The position numbers and the translations under genes are program-made. The notes below the pieces were generated by a model, which worked only from the letters and a program-made list of their open reading frames with translations, made no database searches and had not been told where the DNA came from. From Scyliorhinus canicula (Eukaryota), in assembly GCF_902713615.1 (NCBI RefSeq), contig NW_024055476.1:62001-126000 (forward strand): DNA of 64,000 bases. Reading direction: 5' to 3'. Positions 37,297-48,393 of the stretch are shown here, in pieces. The first letter of the stretch is position 1; each line of letters begins with the position of its first letter.

Positions 37297-37416
37297 AGGA
37301 TGCTGGACTGTGGGGCGGACTACCTGCATTTGGGTGTGATGGACGCAAACTTTGTGCCAAATATCACATTTGGTCATCCTGTGGTAGAATGTCTTCGTAA
37401 GGAACTTGGAAAAGAA
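37297..37416 (+). pseudogene. RPE: Processed-pseudogene fragment of ribulose-5-phosphate 3-epimerase
   Basis: [38 protein letters not shown] matches the vertebrate RPE N-terminus ([38 protein letters not shown]). Confidence 0.88.
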
Positions 37417-37559
37417 CTGACCTTGCCACCAATTCCCAAATGAAGAATACAAATTATGCCATTTTAGTCCACAAGAAATAATATCTGATTTACAGGAGTT
37501 AAGAAGACAATATATATTTATAACTGGATAGAAATTCCTGACAAAGAATTATAAAGACA

Positions 37560-38130
37560 TGGAAACATCGAAAATAGGGGCAGGAGGAGGTCATTCTGCA
37601 CTTCCGCCCTGCTCCTCCAATCATTATGATCATGGCTCATCGCCCAATTCAGTAACCTGTTCCCGTTTCCCCCCCCCAATATCGTTTGATCCCCTTCGCC
37701 CCAGTGCCATATCTACCAGCTTCTTGAAAACATGTTTTGGCCTCAGCTCCTTTATGTGGTAAATAATTCCACAGGCTGACCACGCTCTGGGTAAAAAGGT
37801 TTCTCACCATTTATGTCCTAAATGTTCCACCCCGTATCTGCAGATTATGGCCCCTGGTTCTGGACACCATCGGGAACATCCTTCTTCCATCTACCCTGTC
37901 TAGTCTTGTTCGGATTTCCTAGGTTTCTGTGATTCCCCCTCATTCTTCGGAATTCCTGAGACTACAGTTCTAGCCAACTCAATCTCTCCTCATACATCAG
38001 ATTCACCATCCGATGAATCAGTCGAGTACACCTTCTCTGCACTCCCTGGTGAGCAAGAACATGCTTTCTCAGAAAAAGAAACCACAATTACATACAATAT
38101 TCCAGGTGTGGCCTCACCAAGACCCTGTAT
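37560..38130 (-). mobile_element. CR1 3' fragment
   Basis: Reverse-strand CR1 3' end similarity. Confidence 0.7.
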
Positions 38131-38254
38131 AATTGCAGCAAGCCATCCCTGTCAGACCTTAAACCTATGTTCCCTGGTGGATGGGTCAGCCACCAGGGGG
38201 CATAGGTTTAAGGTCCGTGGGGCAAAGTTTAGACGAGATGTGCGAGGCAGGATT

Positions 38255-40365
38255 TCTATGCAGCGTGGGTTTCCTCCGGGTGCTCCGGTTTCCTCCCAAA
38301 GTGCAAAGGTGTGCAGGTTAGGTGGATTCACTTTGCTCAATTGGCCCTTAAGTGTCCAAAAGGTTAGGTGGAGTAACTGAGTAACGGCAATATGTGGGAG
38401 GTGTAAGGCTTCAATAGGATGGTTTTTGCGAGGGCCGGTGCAGGCACGATGGGCCAAACGGTCTCTTTCTGCACTGTAAATTATATGACTATGACAATAC
38501 CACTACGCCATTTCCTCCCCTTTTCTGTTTACTGCACTGTCAAACACGGGATTTGTCCTGAATGTGGTTAATTCGGGAACTATCAGTTTCTTACAGGCTT
38601 TCCATCAGGGGACAGGCAACCGTGACTCCAGTGAGCTTTCCCTCATGAATCACTGAGCCAATTGTCTCACCATGATTACAGATTTTGTCGGCTTGGCTTA
38701 CGACCCGCCAGTCAGTCTTGTGACACAACGGCAGTGTCCCCAGAAACTACTTATTCATGTCCACCGCGAGGACCAGTTGCCTCCGGAAGGAGAGGTTACA
38801 ACGCGGTTCAACAGCTTCATATTTGCTCTGGAATCCTTTGCTAATATTCCCGAAAGAAAAAAATGTGTGTGAGCATATGCCTGAAAGGAATAGATCTTTC
38901 ACTTCAGAGCAACGGCACGAGCTATCACTGCACAAGCTACTGAACATTCTTAACGAATGAACGTTTCCAACTAATGTAAGCAGGATTTCGTTCAGTGGCT
39001 CCTTCTGTTTAAAATGGTGTGGAGATGCCGGCGTTGGTTTCGGGTGAGCTCAGTCAGAAGACTTACGACACCAGGTTAAAGTCCAACAGGTTTGTTTGCA
39101 ACCACGAGCTTGCGGAGCACTGCTCCTTCATTAAGTGAGGGAGCTGCCTTCCTGATGAAGGAGCTGCGCTCCAGCAACTCGTGATTCCAAATAATCCTGT
39201 TGGATTTTAATCTGATGTTGTAAGACTTCTTACTGTTTACATAGATACATAGAAGATAGGAGCAGGAGGAGGCCTTTGGCCCTTCGAGCCTGCTCCGCCA
39301 TTGATCACGATCATGGCTGATCATCCAACTCAATAGCCTAATCCTGCTTTCTCCCCATAGCTTTTGATCCCATTCTCCCCAAGTGCTATATCCAGCAGCC
39401 TCTTGAATATATTAAAGTTTTAGCATCAACTGCTTCATATGGTAATAAATTCCACAGGTCCGCTGCTCTTTGTGTGAAGAAATATCTCTTTATCTCTGGC
39501 AGAAATGGGTTACTCTGAATCCTCAGACTGTAACCCCTGGTTCTGGACACACCCATCAAACGATTAACTTCAATCTGGTTCATTATCGTTTATTCACTGA
39601 GCCATGGCTCTCGGATTTTGGATTATTTTATGAGAGAATATCGTCAGCGCTTTTCAGAAATTCTGTATTATTCTGTTGAGAACCCTGGGGCAAAGCTCAA
39701 AGAGCAGGTTCACAGCGCCTCGGGGACGAGTAAAGCGAGTTCTCATTAATTAGAATTCATACCAGCCAACCAGTAAAACCTTTCATGCTACGTCCACTCG
39801 TAGTATATAGATATATAACATACAGTGCAGAAGGAGGCCATTCGGCCCATCGAGTCTGCACCGACCCACTTAAGCCCTCACTTCCACCCTATCCCCGTAA
39901 CCCAATAATCCTTCCTTTTTTGGACACTAAGGGCAATTGTTCATGGCCAATCCACCTAACCTGCACATCTTTGGACTGTGGGAGGCAACCGGAGCTCCCG
40001 GAGGAAACCCACGCACACACGGGGAGAACGTGCATACTCCGCACAGACAGTGACCCAAACCGCGAATCGAACCTGGGATCCTGGCGCTGTGAAGCCACAG
40101 TGCTAACCACTGTGCTGCCGTGCTGCCCAAAGTAGAAATACACATGGTGCCCAAATGGTTAGAGTCAAGTAATTCAGAAACATGTCAAAGTGAGTATTTC
40201 AGTCTCATTCTCACATCCTTTCCCACATCTGACACTCCTTCACTGCCTCTCTCTCTCTGCGCTATGACCAATATCAGGCTCAAATACTGCGATATGAGAA
40301 TGTCTTCGTGATGATTATTGCCTGCATTAGCTTCTCCCAACCATTGAGGTAAGTTGAGTTCAACT
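38255..40365 (-). repeat. Right arm of inner inverted duplication (extra SINE at ~39805-40125)
   Basis: Matches 31385-33200 in reverse. Confidence 0.88.
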
Positions 40366-40384
40366 ATTTGTAGCTATCTGGGAA

Positions 40385-41155
40385 GGCCACTTACAATATG
40401 GAACAGGGAAGGTCGCAAAGCATATGGTATAATGGTATAATTCTTGGTAGCGTGGATGAGCAGAGGGATCTCGGTGTCCATGTACATAGATCACTGAAAG
40501 TTGCCACCCAGGTTGATAGGGTTGTGAAGACGGCCTATGGTGTGTTGGCCTTTATTGGTAGAGGGATTGAGTTCCGGAGCCATGTGGTCATGTTGCAGCT
40601 GTACAAAACTCTGGTACGGCCGTATTTGGAGTATGGCGTACAGTTCTGGTCGCCTCATTATAGGAAGGATGTGGAAGCTTTGGAACGGGTGCAGAGGAGA
40701 TTTACCAGGATGTTGCCTGGTATGGAGGGAAAATCTTATGAGGAAAGGCTGATGGACTTGAGGTTGTTTTCGTTAGAGAGAAGAAGGTTAAGAGATGACT
40801 TAATAGAGGCATACAAAATGATCAGAGGGTTAGATAGGGTGGACAGTGAGAGCCTTCTCCCGCGGATGGAGGTGGCTAGCACGAGGGGACATAGCCTTAA
40901 ATTGAGGGGTAATAGATACAGGACAGAGGTCAGAGGTAGGTTTTTTACGCAAAGAGTGGTGAGGCCGTGGAATGTCCTACCTGTAACAGTAGTGAACTCG
41001 CCAACATTGAGGGCATTTAAAAGTTTATTGGATAAGCATATGGATGATAAGGGCATAGTGTAAGTTAGATGGCCTTTAGTTTTTGACTTCCCATGTCGGT
41101 GCAACATTGAGGGCCGAAGGGCCTGTACTGCGCTGTATCGTTCTATGTTCTATGA
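40385..41155 (+). mobile_element. 5'-truncated CR1
   Basis: ORF 40398-41063 is the RT C-terminus; 3' UTR ends ttctatgttctatg. Confidence 0.92.
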
Positions 41156-42148
41156 ATAATGCCTATTGGAAAGTGCGACACCTAGCGGCTTTCACACCCG
41201 CATTGTCCAAGTTGCCTTCCGTTTTTTAACTTATGACAATATCCCTTTGACACATTCCTGTTTATCTTCGCCCTTCATCATTTTGATGCGGAATTCCTGG
41301 GAATAAGAAATCACGATTGAAAAAATAAAATTAATCTTTCACTATCCATCTTTCCATGAAATTGAAGTGATTTTGTCATTGAATCGTCTACCAATGGAAA
41401 TAATTACAGGCGATGTACTCCAGCACAAGAGCAAAATTCGAAGGAGATAAATTGATTCTCCTTTCTACCTTGTTTGTTACAAGCAAAATAATCCAAAATT
41501 CCCTTGTCTGTTTTCATAAAGGTCCTTCATTCCTGGTACTCTTCTGATATATAACATCTGCACTCTCTCCAACTTGTTAACATCCTTTGTACTTTATCTT
41601 TCACTGGATTTGGACAGAGAAGTTCAGCCATAATTTCTACAGAGTTAGGAACACATTTCGATATAAACAGCACCAGTGACAAAACCTGTGTCCATATGAC
41701 TCCACTTTATAGAATAGAATCATAGAATCGCTACAGTACAGAAGGAGGCCATTCGGCCATCGAGTCCGCATCGATCCTCGGGAAGAGCACTCCACCAAAA
41801 CCCACTTCTCCGCCCAATTCCTATAATCCTTGAACCTAATCTAAACGTCCTTGACACTGAGGGACAATTTAGCATGGCCAATGCACCTAACCTGCAAATC
41901 TTTGGACTGTGGAAGGAAACTGGAGCACCCGGAGGAAACCCACGCAGACACCGGGAGAAAGTGCAAACTCCACACAGTCACCCAAGACCGGAATTGAACC
42001 TGGGTCCCTGGCGCTGTGAGGCAGCAGTGCTAACCACTGTGCCACCGTGCTGAAATTTAGCTTTCTGGCAAACGTTCATGTCTGCAGATAAAATATTCAC
42101 CGAATCCACTCAATGATCTCCTGCGACACATGGATTACTTAGAACCCG

Positions 42149-42239
42149 CAAGCAGAGGGCTCCAATATCAGGCATGGGCCTGAATAAGTCACGTGATAGC
42201 ACTGACAAATCAATGGGGATGGTAGCCTGGGTGATGTCA
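42149..42239 (+). promoter_or_regulatory. CTCF-like site, E-box, decamer
   Basis: CAAGCAGAGGGCTCC 42149-42163; gtcacgtga; GGTGATGTCA 42230-42239. Confidence 0.5.
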
Positions 42240-42362
42240 CAATGGGCCTGGCCCCCAGCAGTGTGTGGGTGGAACAATCAGCTGAACAGAGCGCGGGTTC
42301 CCTCTCTCCTCTCAATCTCTGCCTCATTCCATTCCCATTCACTCCGAGAGATTTAGTCAGAC

Positions 42363-42808
42363 ATGTCTCTGTTAATACTGGCGGCGCTCTTGCATAGTAC
42401 GTACTGGATTATGGGCTGGATTCTCCGGAACCTCAGCCGCGTGCTTCTCGGATGGACAACTCACTCTCAGATTCTCGCAAATTGCGATTTACTCTTGATA
42501 TTTCATATTTTCACAGGCGGACTATGCGCAGATCCAGTAACTCAGTCACCGGTTACAATATCCGCACAGGCAGGGGGTTCAGTGCAGTTAGATTGCGAAT
42601 ATACAGACCCGACTATGTACCACATGCTATGTTATCAGCAAAAGACGGTACAGCCGCCGAGATTGATCATCATTAACATATTGACGATGAAGAAAGAGGA
42701 GATCGCAGGACGATATCTGGCGGCTGCCAACAAGTCCAAAAAGAATGGTTATCTCAATATAAACGCGCTCAGTGTGGAGGACGGAGCGGTCTATTACTGT
42801 GCAATGAG
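42363..42808 (+). CDS. Family-B V, open frame but conserved Trp->Cys: leader 42363-42396, exon 42517-42808
   Basis: LDCEY..MLCYQQK (TGT at 42630-42632; paralog at 21.8 kb has TGG)..AVYYCAMS. Confidence 0.75.
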
Positions 42809-42848
42809 CACAGTGTCAGACAGCAGAAAAAAACTACGTACAGGAACC
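42809..42848 (+). other. RSS, 24-nt spacer (contains A7 run)
   Basis: CACAGTG + 24 + ACAGGAACC. Confidence 0.75.
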
Positions 42849-43519
42849 TCAGAGAGTATTTTCAATTCCAATAAATCTGCGTTCCTCCCCTTGTCCCGTG
42901 TGTGGTTTGATCTCGATTCGGGAACGTACTCAGGTCTACGTATCCACCAATTACATTGCTGTCTCTATCCTTGTACAGGTCAATAAAGGAGCCGTTTGGG
43001 ATTAGTGATCTTAATCTGCATGTCGCCATGCAGAATAAATTTAAGCTTGGAATATCCACTTCCGAGTAGAAGTATTTCAAGCTCTCAGATGTGAGGATAA
43101 TAAAATCTTCCAGGACCTTAACTTAGGTGGGCCTAAGGCCACTGAGTCTGAGCCACTAGTCCCTGTAACTGAAGACAGAATGGACCAATCGGCTGTAGTT
43201 ATGAATACATAGACTGCACATTAACTATTTACCGAGGGGCTCACGGAGCAACAAGACTAACTTGTCAAACAGGACAATGTCCCTTTTTAGTCCTCATTAG
43301 AACATCGATTTGCCGATCGAAAATACATCAAATCTATGTTGACTCTTCCTGCTTTCAGTTGTGATAAGGGACCTGTTTCAGCTCGTGGTGGACGGATGGT
43401 GAGCGATTGGTGCTGCCCATGATGAGTGCTGTAAAATTCATGGGGGCCTGATTACTCCACAACTCACAAAGGTGCACGAGCACAGGGCCGTGTATTCGTC
43501 CGGTCCTTCCAGGTCTTTA

Positions 43520-43730
43520 GATTGCTGGCAATCGGTGGATTGGCTCACACTGCTGAAATGCACAGAGTTGTGATCCTGTTCTGATCACAAGTATAGTGCG
43601 CCCACTGCGGCATGGGCTTACCTCTATCACTGTAATAGCCTTCATGACGCTGTGCTGGGACAGCTCAGCGATGCTCTGTCGCCCTCGATAACAAACACTG
43701 ACTCAGGAGATTGTGATACCTCTTCACGGA
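43520..43730 (-). pseudogene. Family-C V fragment (paralog of 20855-21050)
   Basis: tcacaatctcctgagtcagtgtttgttatcgagggcgac on minus strand. Confidence 0.65.
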
Positions 43731-44009
43731 CCCACGCACAGACGAACTTTGAGCAGGATTTGGTTAGTCAGCCCCTTGAGCTGCCTCCATCTTTCAATAA
43801 GTTCGTGGCTGATGTGATCACCACATCAGATTCACATTTTGCCTACCCCGGATAAACTTTGATTCCCTTTTTAATCGAGAATACATGCACATCTGCCTTG
43901 AAATATTGAATGAACCTCCCTCAACGGTGTCTGCAGAAGAGGTCCACAGATTCACGAAGCTCGCTCAGAAAAAAAGACAAAGATATAAAAATCCCGTCTG
44001 TTGGTTTGT

Positions 44010-44502
44010 TTCTGGGATGGTCTGTCTTTCTGCTATAATGTGATTTACGTAACAGACATGTATAGGAATATTTATATTTGTTTACTGGTATTTCTCTATA
44101 TATGTGTCATATTGAAATCACTTCTACCTTTGCTGCTACACAGATTCTCTCAAATCAGGTGGAACATGAACCGTGCAGGCTGCCCGGATACTGACTGTGG
44201 ATCGTCAGGATCGATTGCATTGGTGTGTAGCGTCAATATCCTCTTCAACCCTCATTTCAGCGTCCAACTGTTCCACTGGGTCTTAGTGGCTCCAGTCTGA
44301 TACAAACGAACAGAACACAATAATAATTTCAAAATTCAGAATCAGCCTCATATCGAACAACGTAATGGCCACCTGCACCATCATCATTATTATTTCATTA
44401 ACAATAATATCTGGTTACACAGTCAGGGGAGAATGGGGGTTTTCAGTGAAGGAAATACTGAGCAGCGAGATCATAACGAGGAGAGCGAGAGGCGGTTCCC
44501 AC
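44010..44502 (-). pseudogene. Family-A V pseudogene (paralog of 19963-20430)
   Basis: Same lesions and flanks in reverse. Confidence 0.72.
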
Positions 44503-45025
44503 GATAGTTCCTGAATCAATCGCTCTTTAGCGCAGGCAATTATCTGTCAGAGCAGCAATCCAGATTCTGGTCCCACTGCACTGAGATCCAACCAATGACA
44601 GGAATCGAGCAGCGGCAGCAATGTCTAGAATATCATAATGTTGTTGGGGCGAGGCCATCAAACGGAAGCTGTGACCGGGGCACCGCAGACTCAAAGATGG
44701 AAAAGTGTGCGGCGGTTATCAGCTGTATTCGCAAGTGAGTAAGCGGAAATAGCGACAGTTGACCATCCTGCAGCCCGTGACCATCCTGCACCTGCTCAAC
44801 TCACTGAGAACAATACAGTGTCGGAGGGGCGGGAAGGGGCCAGATTCAACTGACGCTACCTGCACCTATTCGAAAGAACTTTTTCTATTGCCCTTTTCAC
44901 CCTACATTTAAATCACGCTTGATTTTCTGTTGTCAAGTTCTGACAATATCTCATCTCATCACATTTTGCGCCAGACTCCAAATGGTAACAACTCACAGTG
45001 CGATTAACGCCATTTCTTTGCGAAT

Positions 45026-45097
45026 GGTGCGGTGGCCAAGAGGAAAGGCGTTGGTTTCGTAAACCAAAGAGCACGGGTTTGAATCCCGTCCGTGCCT
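45026..45097 (+). tRNA. tRNA-Thr(CGT), possibly impaired
   Basis: Paralog of 19351-19422; stems intact but T-loop TTTGAAT (B-box C->T). Confidence 0.75.
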
Positions 45098-45814
45098 TGG
45101 TGTCGCTGCTCGGTTCCCCGGAGCTATTTGTGCCGATCAAAGTCGTTTGATTCATCCTTTTCCACAAGCACCCGCAACAGGAAATATCATCCATGCTAAT
45201 CCATCCCAAAACATTGAACCTTCAGTTAATGGAAATAATTCCGGACAATCTGGTCTCTAAGAAAACAAAATTCTGAGCACAACACATGAGGATCAGGAGG
45301 TCATGGCGGATTTGAGGAAAATAAACTACCTGGAAGGATGGTAGATATCCTTTAAATAGTACCAATGACATGGCACGTCATAGCATTCAAGGCCAAGTGC
45401 TGGCAAATGGGGCAGGTCCGGTGTTTTTCGCGTGTGGGTGCAGACACGATTGGCCGAAGGGCCACAGTCTGAACTGTGTGAATCTGCGATTCTGAGTGGT
45501 AACCAGAGGGACACCGGCTGCGGATCCAAAGACCCCTGAAGGTTGAGGGCAAGTTGTTAAGAAGGCTTATGAAATATTTGAGTTTATTTTCCGTTGAATA
45601 TAAGATCAGGGAGGTTATGATGGAGCTGTAGGAACGCTTGTTGGGCCACAGCTGGAGTATTGTGTGCAGCTCTGGTCACTACACTGTAGCAAGGATTTGA
45701 TTGCAGTAGAGAGGGTGCAGTGGAGAATCACCAGCATGATGCCGGGGGTGGAGTGTTTCAGCTGTGAAGATACATTCCAGGTATTAGGTTAATTCCACGA
45801 GTTACAAACTTCCA

Positions 45815-46000
45815 CGTTTTGCCACGTATACATTTATATCCAGATATTGCCTTGTCTTTCACTGGAGCGTCGGTGGCAATCGGAGGAATGCTGCAATGAA
45901 GCAAGATGTGATAGTTTTCTGATAACAAGTACCGCGAACCGGCTGCGGCATAGCCTTCACCGCACCATTGAAGGATAACACACACTCACTCGGGAAAATG
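45815..46000 (-). pseudogene. Family-C V pseudogene (paralog of 15680-15890)
   Basis: VILQWCGEGYAAAGSRYLLS..; FR1 deletion. Confidence 0.65.
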
Positions 46001-47173
46001 CAGGGCCTTTTCATTACCATATGAGCATCCGACGTAGGGGCAGGGAGTTGGCCAATCGGCCACTCGAGTTACTCCACAATTCAATGACATCATGGCTATG
46101 GTGACCATTGCCTTAGCTCCACATTCCGTATAACCCACGGACGCTGGTAGAGGTATAATCAGTAAGTTAGCAGATTCCAACAAAATTGTTGATGTGGTTA
46201 ATAGTGAGGAGGAAAAACTTTGAATAGTGGCAAATGGACTCTGAAAAGTGTGAGGTGATGCATTTTGGCAGGACTAAAAAGGCAAAGGAATATACAATGA
46301 ACGGTAGGACGCTGGGAATTACAGTAACCAGAGGGATACCGGCTGCGGATCCAAAGACCCCTGAAGGTTGAGGGCAAGTTGTTAAGAAGGCTTATGAAAT
46401 ATTTGAGTTTATTTTCCGTTGAATATAAGATCAGGGAGGTTATGATGGAGCTGTAGGAACGCTTGTTGGGCCACGGCTGGAGTATTGTGTGCAGCTCTGG
46501 TCACTACACTGTAGCAAGGATTTGATTGCAGTAGAGAGGGTGCAGTGGAGAATCACCAGCATGATGCCGGGGGTGGAGTGTTTCAGCTGTGAAGAGAGGC
46601 TGGTGAGGTTGAGGTTGTTTTCCTTGGAGCAGAGAAGGCTGAGGTATATTAAATCCACCTAATCCACCTATTCTGCATATTTTTAGCCACAGCATGTTTT
46701 GGGATTGAGGGAGGAAACAAAATCAGACAGGGGGAGATGCACAAACTCGTCCAAAGACTGATTGATTCTGGGTCCCTGGCGATGTGAAGTAGCAGTGCTA
46801 GCCACTGTGTCACCCCAAATAACCTAATTCTTTGACCACGTTTTTGACCACACAACCCAAATGTTCCTCGCAAACTCCTTGGGACATGTAATGATGGGAA
46901 AAGCTCGACATGCACATAAATTGCTGCATTTGTTGTAGTTCAGTGAGACCTGATAGTTTACTGAGTGAGTGCGTCTGTACACCATGATATGAACAAGAAG
47001 CAGGAGTTAAGGAATCAAAGATCAATTCGTCAATCTTATATCTGTTATGAATGTAAGTTGCAATCGTCAACTGTTATAGCTGTGCAAGTGGACCTCACCT
47101 CTTGCTGTTTTTGAGTGTTGTTTTCTTACAAATTATGTCACTCTGAGTATGGAAACTGAACTGCCCATGAGGA

Positions 47174-47188
47174 CGCGACCCCTGCTGA
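47174..47188 (-). promoter_or_regulatory. CTCF-like site downstream of RSS
   Basis: TCAGCAGGGGTCGCG, 25 bp after the nonamer, preceded by GGCAGTTCC upstream-module-like sequence. Confidence 0.55.
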
Positions 47189-47213
47189 GCAGCAGCTGGA
47201 ACTGCCAGTGTGG

Positions 47214-47253
47214 GGTTTTCGTACGGGACCCGCCATATCTCTGTAGCAGTGTG
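47214..47253 (-). other. RSS with 24-nt spacer
   Basis: CACACTG + 24 + ACGAAAACC. Confidence 0.85.
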
Positions 47254-47758
47254 GGCGCCATGGCACATAAATACACGGCGCTGTCGGAGACCATTGTGTT
47301 ACTGATCGTTAGCTCGGTAGTCTTGTTCTTTTTATCAAACGTAGAAGAAAGCCGATCATTGAGGTCGGTGTTCCTTTGCACATTTTGTCCAATAAGACGA
47401 AACATGTATATTGGAGCTTTCCCGGGCTGCTGACTGTACCAGTACACATAAGGGTTAGATTCGCTTGTTTTCAAGGTGCAGGTTAATGTGACTTCACTTT
47501 CCTCTGTAACCGTTATTTCGGGTTTCCTTTGTTCCACGGTGTCCTGGTGGCTCCATTCTAACAGAAATAACAGCGATAATGACAATCAGAGTCAGCCTCA
47601 TATTAAACAATCAAATGATCTCTAAAATAATCATTCTAATTTTACCAATAATAACATTTGTGTTACAGCAGTCAGGAAGACAATGGGGTGTTGCTGGGAA
47701 AGAAATACTTACCGAGAAGTGAGATAACGATGAGGAGCGAAGCGAGATGGTTCCTCAT
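47254..47758 (-). CDS. Intact family-A V (inverted paralog of 13901): leader 47713-47758, exon 47254-47557
   Basis: Open frame LTC..YWYSQ..SDSAVYLCAMAP; canonical splice sites. Confidence 0.9.
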
Positions 47759-48378
47759 GATCCTTCTTGAGTTTGTAATTCTGCAATTAGATAAATCCTG
47801 TGTCAGAGACAAAAATACAGATCCCCGTCACGCTGCTGATCCGACCAATGAGAGGAATGAACCAGCAGCAGCAATCTCTCCAGTAACACAATTGGGTCAG
47901 AATGAGAGCAGCAACCGGAAGCTGTGGGCGGGGATACCGCAGTCTCAATATTGAGTGAAGTGTGCGGTGACTCTCAGCTGCACTCGGAACTCTGGAGCGG
48001 AAATAGCGACAGTTGAATCTTCACTGCACCGTGACCATCCTGCACCTGTTCATCGTGCAAGTCACTGAGAAGAATTAGATCGGGAAGGACATGACGGACT
48101 AGAATCTAGAATCTTCGAGTCAGGGATGAGGCCACACGATCTATATTGCCCGAGACACTTTGAAATCGTTATCTTATTCTTCTTTCAAAAACAGCATTTT
48201 CTATATACCCCGGTAATTCTATATGCCCCGGTAATTCCCTTTACATTTCCTTCTAAAAGTTATTGTTGAATCTTCTTCCTTTATTTAGACACGTCATCGA
48301 AAGTTTAGCAAAGCGCAGTGTCCCTCTCCGTTCGGTCAACTCTCAGCCTTTCGGGGGCAGCGGGAAACGTGTGACCAT

Positions 48379-48393
48379 GTCGCCCTCTGGTGG
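48379..48393 (-). promoter_or_regulatory. Strong CTCF-consensus site
   Basis: CCACCAGAGGGCGAC. Confidence 0.62.

Larger units (their letters stand above)
41255..48300 (-). repeat. Right arm of outer inverted segmental duplication
   Basis: Matches 13380-23220 in reverse. Confidence 0.88.

Noticed and set aside
40290-40356. Leader-like exon remnant with gtaagt donor (paralog ~31400-31470)
   Set aside because: Frameshifted, with no V exon downstream
42795-42801. TACTGTG embedded heptamer (VH-replacement type) in family-B FR3
   Set aside because: Simply the usual codons of YYCA; no further support
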